A stretch of DNA of 64,000 nucleotides from an uncultured Prevotella sp. (lineage in GTDB: Bacteria > Bacteroidota > Bacteroidia > Bacteroidales > Bacteroidaceae), in assembly GCA_900322035.1 (NCBI GenBank), contig ONYL01000007.1, positions 8,812-72,811 of the forward strand, in the 5' to 3' direction. Each line of letters starts with the position of its first letter. Position 1 is the first letter of the stretch. The notes beneath the pieces were generated by a model, which was not told where the DNA came from, searched no databases, and saw only the letters and a list, made by a program, of their open reading frames with translations. This document shows, one piece after another, positions 59,446 through 64,000 of the stretch. The position numbers and the translations under genes are program-made.

Positions 59446-60569
59446 ACAGTTCTATGTCCAAATCTTTAGAGCTGAAAGCATTCTTCCATCTGCTTGAATG
59501 TGGAATGTGGAATACTCCGCCAGACATGAGCTTCTCATGGAACAACGTTGACTGGGTATGTATTCTACACCTATCAATGGAACAGGGAGTCGTAGGGCTG
59601 ATAGCTGATGGAATATCCAAGCTACCGACTGATTTGCGACCCCCTAAGCGAGTGTTTGTGAACATGGTAATGTCGGTCAAAGTCATAGAAGATGATAGTG
59701 ACCGAGCCCTCAATATGGCGATGGCTGTCCAATCCTATTTAAGCAAAAATCAGGTTGAAACGGTGATTATCAAGGGTGTAGGCATGGCTCGCAATTATCC
59801 CAATCCCCGCCACCGCGTGGTAGGGGACATCGACTTATTGACAGACTCAAATCTGGACTCCTTTGAAAAGGGACGTCAATTGCTCCGACAGATTGCCTCT
59901 AAGGAGGAATTTGATGTGGATGAGGAACTTCGCCATGTGGCGTTTGACATCAAGAATCAACTTGTCGAACTCCATGGTCTAATCGGAAGTTTTGTCAATA
60001 AGGAATCGGATGAATTTATCAGAGAATGGGCTACGCACCACCTCAGCACATCACCCGTGGTTTGGCATCTGTCCAAAGCAGACATAAAACTTCCCCCCTA
60101 TCAATTCGATGCCATTTACATTTTCCTGCATTTCTTCCGCCACTTCGTTGGTGCCGCTTGCGGTCTCAGGCAACTGTGCGACTGGGTGTTGTTTTTAGAC
60201 AAGCATGGCGACAAGGTTGATGTCGGTGTCTTACGCAACGACTTAGAGAAGATGAAGCTGATGAGGGCGTGGCAGATTTTCGCATCCGTAGCCGTCAATT
60301 ACCTGGGAATGCCCAAGGAAAAGATGCTGCTCTATGATAGAAGCGGCGACAAAGACTGTCGCAAGGCTGTGTTGGCTGTGATCAAGGCAAACCATAACCT
60401 CGCTAAACTACGCAAAAAAAACAAGAATGGAAAGAAGATGGCTGCTCTGCTCCAACATGCCAAATCATTCTTCCATCTCATTCCTACTTATTATGTCAAC
60501 CTGAAAGTTTTTCCGCGCGAGACTATTTACAGCCTCAAAAACTATATCTTATCTCGCCTGCATGAATAA
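59442..60569 (+). CDS. Nucleotidyltransferase-family protein (NTP_transf_5-like)
   Basis: IKG.G.A..YP.P..R..GDIDL, VELH and H..RH....GLRQLCDW motifs. Confidence 0.85.
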   Translation: MNSSMSKSLELKAFFHLLECGMWNTPPDMSFSWNNVDWVCILHLSMEQGVVGLIADGISKLPTDLRPPKRVFVNMVMSVKVIEDDSDRALNMAMAVQSYLSKNQVETVIIKGVGMARNYPNPRHRVVGDIDLLTDSNLDSFEKGRQLLRQIASKEEFDVDEELRHVAFDIKNQLVELHGLIGSFVNKESDEFIREWATHHLSTSPVVWHLSKADIKLPPYQFDAIYIFLHFFRHFVGAACGLRQLCDWVLFLDKHGDKVDVGVLRNDLEKMKLMRAWQIFASVAVNYLGMPKEKMLLYDRSGDKDCRKAVLAVIKANHNLAKLRKKNKNGKKMAALLQHAKSFFHLIPTYYVNLKVFPRETIYSLKNYILSRLHE

Positions 60570-60746
60570 GAGTCGAATAATAGCGTCTAAAATTGCTTGT
60601 TTGAGAAATTATTTATAACTTTGCACAAGGCCCGATTCAGCTCAAATCTCGTCGTAAAATACCAGACCGCCAGCTGATTGATCCAACTCATATAATAGGG
60701 AGTGATCCCTCGTGAGCAATATTTACTGAAAAAAAGTAATACACCA

Positions 60747-61928
60747 ATGCAATTCACAATGGCAATGTGGATGCAAGTGGTCATCATCCCTTTTTTGGTG
60801 TCCTTCACTTGCGTCTGGCTAATCCACCCCGCAATAGCCAAAATGGCGATCATCCGCGGTCTGACAGATAATCCCAATGCCAGAAAACTACAAAAGTCAC
60901 CGGTACCGGTAATGGGCGGAATGGCTGTGTTTTTCGGGATTATAGTCTCTGCTGGTGTCACAAGCATCGTTTTCAACTCCTATGCTCTGTTTACCTGTGT
61001 CGTCACCATGACGGTGATGATGTATATGGGCTTTATCGATGACTTAGTAGGTATCAAGCCTTGGATACGCATAGCCATAGAGGTAGCCGTCATCGGCTTT
61101 GTCGTCATCATGGACTTGGTGAACATCAACGATTTCCACGGTCTTTTTGGCATTGGCAAGTTGCCGGTATATGTCTCCCTGCCCCTGTGCGCATTCTCTG
61201 GCGTAGGAATCATCAATGCCATCAATATGATAGATGGCGTTGATGGATTGTCGTCAGGACTGGGCATCTTCATCTGCTTTGTCTTTGGATGTGTGTTTTT
61301 CTATTCCCACGACTTCACCATGGCTGTGATGGCCTTCGCCACTATGGGTGCACTTGTACCATTCTTTTTCAAGAATGTATTTGGGCATCTGTCCAAGATG
61401 TTTATCGGCGACTCCGGAACAATGATGATGGGCATCATCCTATGCATCTTCTGCATGCGCACCATCGACAACACCTCACGCGTCAGCAGGGCCTACCCCG
61501 ATCTCGGAGTCATCGCCTTTTGCATGGCAGCTCTGAGCATCCCCGTTTTCGATACCGTTAGAGTTATGCTGCTGCGCATCTATCATGGCCGTTCTCCGTT
61601 CATTGCCGATAAGACCCACCTGCACCATGTATTCATCAGATTGGGATTCTCCCACATAGGGACTACCGTGTGCATCAACATTTTGGAATTCATCAATGTG
61701 CTGTCATTCTTCCTGACCTATTGGCTTGGGGCCAGTGTGACCTTGCAATTCATCGTGGTTGTCCTCACAAGTTTCACGACAACCATAGGAATGTATTTCT
61801 TCCTTTCTTACCTTGACAAGCATCATCGCACAAACAGACTGATAACAACAGTGAGTGTCTACAGCCAAAGATTCGTACAACAACGATTCTATAAGGCCAT
61901 GACCCGCCTGATGGACAAGGGCATGTAA
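60747..61928 (+). CDS. MraY/WecA-family undecaprenyl-phosphate sugar-1-phosphate transferase
   Basis: D.PNARK....P.P..GG, G..DD, NAINMIDGVDGL, FIGDSG and D..HLHH motifs. Own -7 element TAACTTTG at 60616-60623; start uncertain. Confidence 0.9.
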   Translation: MQFTMAMWMQVVIIPFLVSFTCVWLIHPAIAKMAIIRGLTDNPNARKLQKSPVPVMGGMAVFFGIIVSAGVTSIVFNSYALFTCVVTMTVMMYMGFIDDLVGIKPWIRIAIEVAVIGFVVIMDLVNINDFHGLFGIGKLPVYVSLPLCAFSGVGIINAINMIDGVDGLSSGLGIFICFVFGCVFFYSHDFTMAVMAFATMGALVPFFFKNVFGHLSKMFIGDSGTMMMGIILCIFCMRTIDNTSRVSRAYPDLGVIAFCMAALSIPVFDTVRVMLLRIYHGRSPFIADKTHLHHVFIRLGFSHIGTTVCINILEFINVLSFFLTYWLGASVTLQFIVVVLTSFTTTIGMYFFLSYLDKHHRTNRLITTVSVYSQRFVQQRFYKAMTRLMDKGM

Positions 61929-62015
61929 AAGATTTATACGGGAATGAGACCCAAAGAATAGGGATGTACTTTCCCATAGATCACGACAATTCAAAATATC
62001 CAGAACAACTTTAAC

Positions 62016-63320
62016 ATGAATCACTTTTTAGAGAAGGCACTTGGTTTTGACCGTACAACGATGCAATTGAAAACGGAGGTTGTGGCCGGACTGACCACAT
62101 TTCTCACAATGAGCTACATTCTCGCTGTCAATCCTGCCATCCTATCAACGACAGGAATGGACCGGGCTGCCCTGTTCACAGGAACGGCCTTAGCTGCCGC
62201 CATCGCCACGATGCTATTAGCTTTCATGGCCAAACTGCCATTTGCACAAGCACCCAGCATGGGACTAAACGCTTTTTTCGCTTTCACCATGTGTCAGGCT
62301 ATGGGTTACACGTGGGAGCAAGCACTGGCCATCATGCTCATTGAAGGCATCGTGTTCATTCTCATTACATTCTTCAATGTGCGCGAACTGATTATGGAGA
62401 GTATTCCTAAGAACATCAGATTCGCTATTTCCGTGGGTATCGGCATGTTTATAGCGTTCATTGGCCTCAAAAATGCGGGCATCATCGTAGCCAAGAGCTC
62501 TACCTTCGTCGGACTTGGGGCTTTCACGCCTATGAGTCTGTTAGGCATCTTTGCCATCCTTCTCAGCGGAATCATGATGGCCCGGGCTATCAAGGGAGCT
62601 CTCTTCTATGCCATTATTCTGACTACCTTGGCTGGTATTCCAATGGGTGTAACCCAAATCCCCACAAACTGGCTGCCCGTTTCTATGCCACAAAGCATCA
62701 GTCCCGTGTTTTGCCACTTCGACTTCAACGGCTTTTTCACCATCAAGACATTGCTCGTAATCTTTAGCCTGCTCATCGTCAACATTTTCGACACGATCGG
62801 AACGATCGTTGGTCTCTCCTATAAGACGGGCACCGTAAGACCGGATGGCACAATCCCCCATGTAAAGGAGGCCATGATGAGCGATGCCATTGGGACAACC
62901 TGTGGGGCGCTCTTAGGCTCATCAACCATCACAACCTATGTGGAGAGTGCCTCTGGAATTGCCGAAGGTGGAAAATCCGGGCTGACAGCCTTCACCGTGG
63001 GTGCTTTGTTTCTGTTGTCACTCTTTCTTTCGCCATGCTTCCTGCTCATTCCCAGCTCAGCCACCAGCGGCGCGTTGGTGCTCGTTGGGGTATTGATGCT
63101 CGATTCGGTGAAGAAGATCGACCTCAACGATGTCAGCGAAGCTTTCCCCGCTTTCATCACCATGATCACCATGGTGTTGTGCTACAGCATCGCCGACGGC
63201 ATTTGCTTGGGGATTCTAAGCTACGTCATCATCAAAGCTTGCACCATGCAATGGAAACAAATCAATGCCACGCTTGTCATTCTCAGCATCCTCTTCATCA
63301 TCAACTTTATCGCTGGCTGA
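62016..63320 (+). CDS. NCS2-family (AzgA-like) purine permease
   Basis: E..AGLTTFLTMSYILAVNP, APSMGLNAFF, FDTIGT and YVESASG..EGG.SGLT motifs. Confidence 0.94.
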   Translation: MNHFLEKALGFDRTTMQLKTEVVAGLTTFLTMSYILAVNPAILSTTGMDRAALFTGTALAAAIATMLLAFMAKLPFAQAPSMGLNAFFAFTMCQAMGYTWEQALAIMLIEGIVFILITFFNVRELIMESIPKNIRFAISVGIGMFIAFIGLKNAGIIVAKSSTFVGLGAFTPMSLLGIFAILLSGIMMARAIKGALFYAIILTTLAGIPMGVTQIPTNWLPVSMPQSISPVFCHFDFNGFFTIKTLLVIFSLLIVNIFDTIGTIVGLSYKTGTVRPDGTIPHVKEAMMSDAIGTTCGALLGSSTITTYVESASGIAEGGKSGLTAFTVGALFLLSLFLSPCFLLIPSSATSGALVLVGVLMLDSVKKIDLNDVSEAFPAFITMITMVLCYSIADGICLGILSYVIIKACTMQWKQINATLVILSILFIINFIAG

Positions 63321-63350
63321 TAATAAACCGTTTCTCATTTCAACATAGCA

Positions 63351-63393
63351 AAACGCACGTCCCTTATCCAAGAGGCGTGCGTTTCTTGTCTTT
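63351..63393 (+). terminator. Terminator of the NCS2 permease gene
   Basis: AAACGCACGT...GCGTGCGTTT followed by CTTGTCTTT. Confidence 0.7.
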
Positions 63394-63433
63394 CCGCATG
63401 AACAACATTCGGACAAGTCTTTCCCGGGCCGCA

Positions 63434-63497
63434 CTGACTATTCGTCACCTCAATCTGCCAGTTTGTCTGCACATACACTTCGGGCACGAATATTGAA
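63434..63497 (+). promoter_or_regulatory. Putative sigma54-type promoter with upstream palindromic boxes
   Basis: GGCACG-N4-TTGA (63483-63496) against consensus TGGCACG-N4-TTGC; TGAC-N5-GTCA (63435) and TGCC-N5-GTCT (63456) boxes lie 21 bp apart. Confidence 0.5.
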
Positions 63498-63652
63498 GTA
63501 AGATAAGTGGTAGTTGAGCCGAATGGCGAAGCTAACCAAGCCCTCTCAAGCAGCCGAATGAGCAAAGCCTTACAGAAAAGAGGCGAAGTCACAAGGCCAG
63601 GAAGGGGGAACAAAAAAAGAACAAAAAATATAAAAAATAGGAGGATTTGATT

Positions 63653-64000
63653 ATGTTGTATCCAGTATTGAACACAAACAATTGGCTTAGCAATGCATTT
63701 GACGATTTCTTCAACACCGAGTGGATGCCCCGCGTAAACGCTACAGCTCCAGCAGTGAACGTGAAGGAAGACAATGAGAAATACGAGATGCAGATTGCTG
63801 CCCCAGGTATCAAGAAGGAATATTGCAGAGTCAGCATCGACAAGGATGGCAATCTCAACGTGAAGATTGAGAACAAGTTTGAGCAGAAGGAAGAGGACAA
63901 GAAGGAGGAGAAGAAAGAGCACTACCTTCGTCGCGAGTTCTCTTACTCCAACTACGAACAGAGTTATACGTTGCCTGAGGATGTCGACAAAGAGAAGATT
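63653..64000 (+). CDS. Hsp20/alpha-crystallin small heat-shock protein (truncated by the window end)
   Basis: Not in the ORF track. Translates MLYPVLNTNNWLSNAFDDFFNTEWMPRVNATAPAVNVKE...AAPGIKKE...YLRREFSYSNYEQSYTLPEDVDKEKI. Confidence 0.95.
   Translation, partial: MLYPVLNTNNWLSNAFDDFFNTEWMPRVNATAPAVNVKEDNEKYEMQIAAPGIKKEYCRVSIDKDGNLNVKIENKFEQKEEDKKEEKKEHYLRREFSYSNYEQSYTLPEDVDKEKI

Noticed and set aside
60681-60716. CTCATATAAT resembling the start of a purine riboswitch
   Set aside because: Lacks the GATATGG loop, TTTCTACC junction and P3 in the right order, and precedes the wecA-like gene rather than the purine permease.
63335-63922. Minus-strand 195-aa and 103-aa hydrophobic ORFs
   Set aside because: Antisense to the hsp20 gene and its purine-rich leader.

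Overview
This is a 64-kb chromosomal window from a Bacteroidales bacterium, most likely Prevotella-like. That call rests on TTTG-N20-TAnnTTTG promoters, a SusC/SusD pair, T9SS porW/porX and the DUF1599-DoxX-tpiA-SPOR-folE gene order. Bases 1-36.6 kb are mostly housekeeping and envelope genes: an IS1380/CPBP gene-debris junction, HxlR with an NAD(P)H-binding protein, an Rpn nuclease, AraC, xth, folE, a membrane protein fused in frame to tpiA, tRNA-Pro, aroA-porW-porX-tsaE, mscS/TonB/GH25, a BspA-type LRR T9SS cargo, susCD, a 6S-like RNA, trxA, dnaE and psd-pssA. Bases 36.7-61.9 kb form a ~25-kb Wzx/Wzy polysaccharide locus (vioAB, several glycosyltransferases, two TupA-like ATP-grasp ligases, duplicated UDP-GlcA epimerases, ugd, wecA-like). 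The window ends with an NCS2 permease and a truncated Hsp20 gene. The best leads are: (1) an overlapping ABC-type ATPase plus PD-(D/E)xK nuclease-like pair inside the capsule operon, a candidate anti-phage system; (2) a ~550-nt structured leader with a 22-bp tandem array ahead of that operon; (3) the membrane protein-TPI fusion that keeps a plausible internal start; (4) three intergenic 22-bp-period arrays; (5) a sigma54-like promoter and structured leader before hsp20. All calls come from reading motifs by eye; no searches or folding programs were run.
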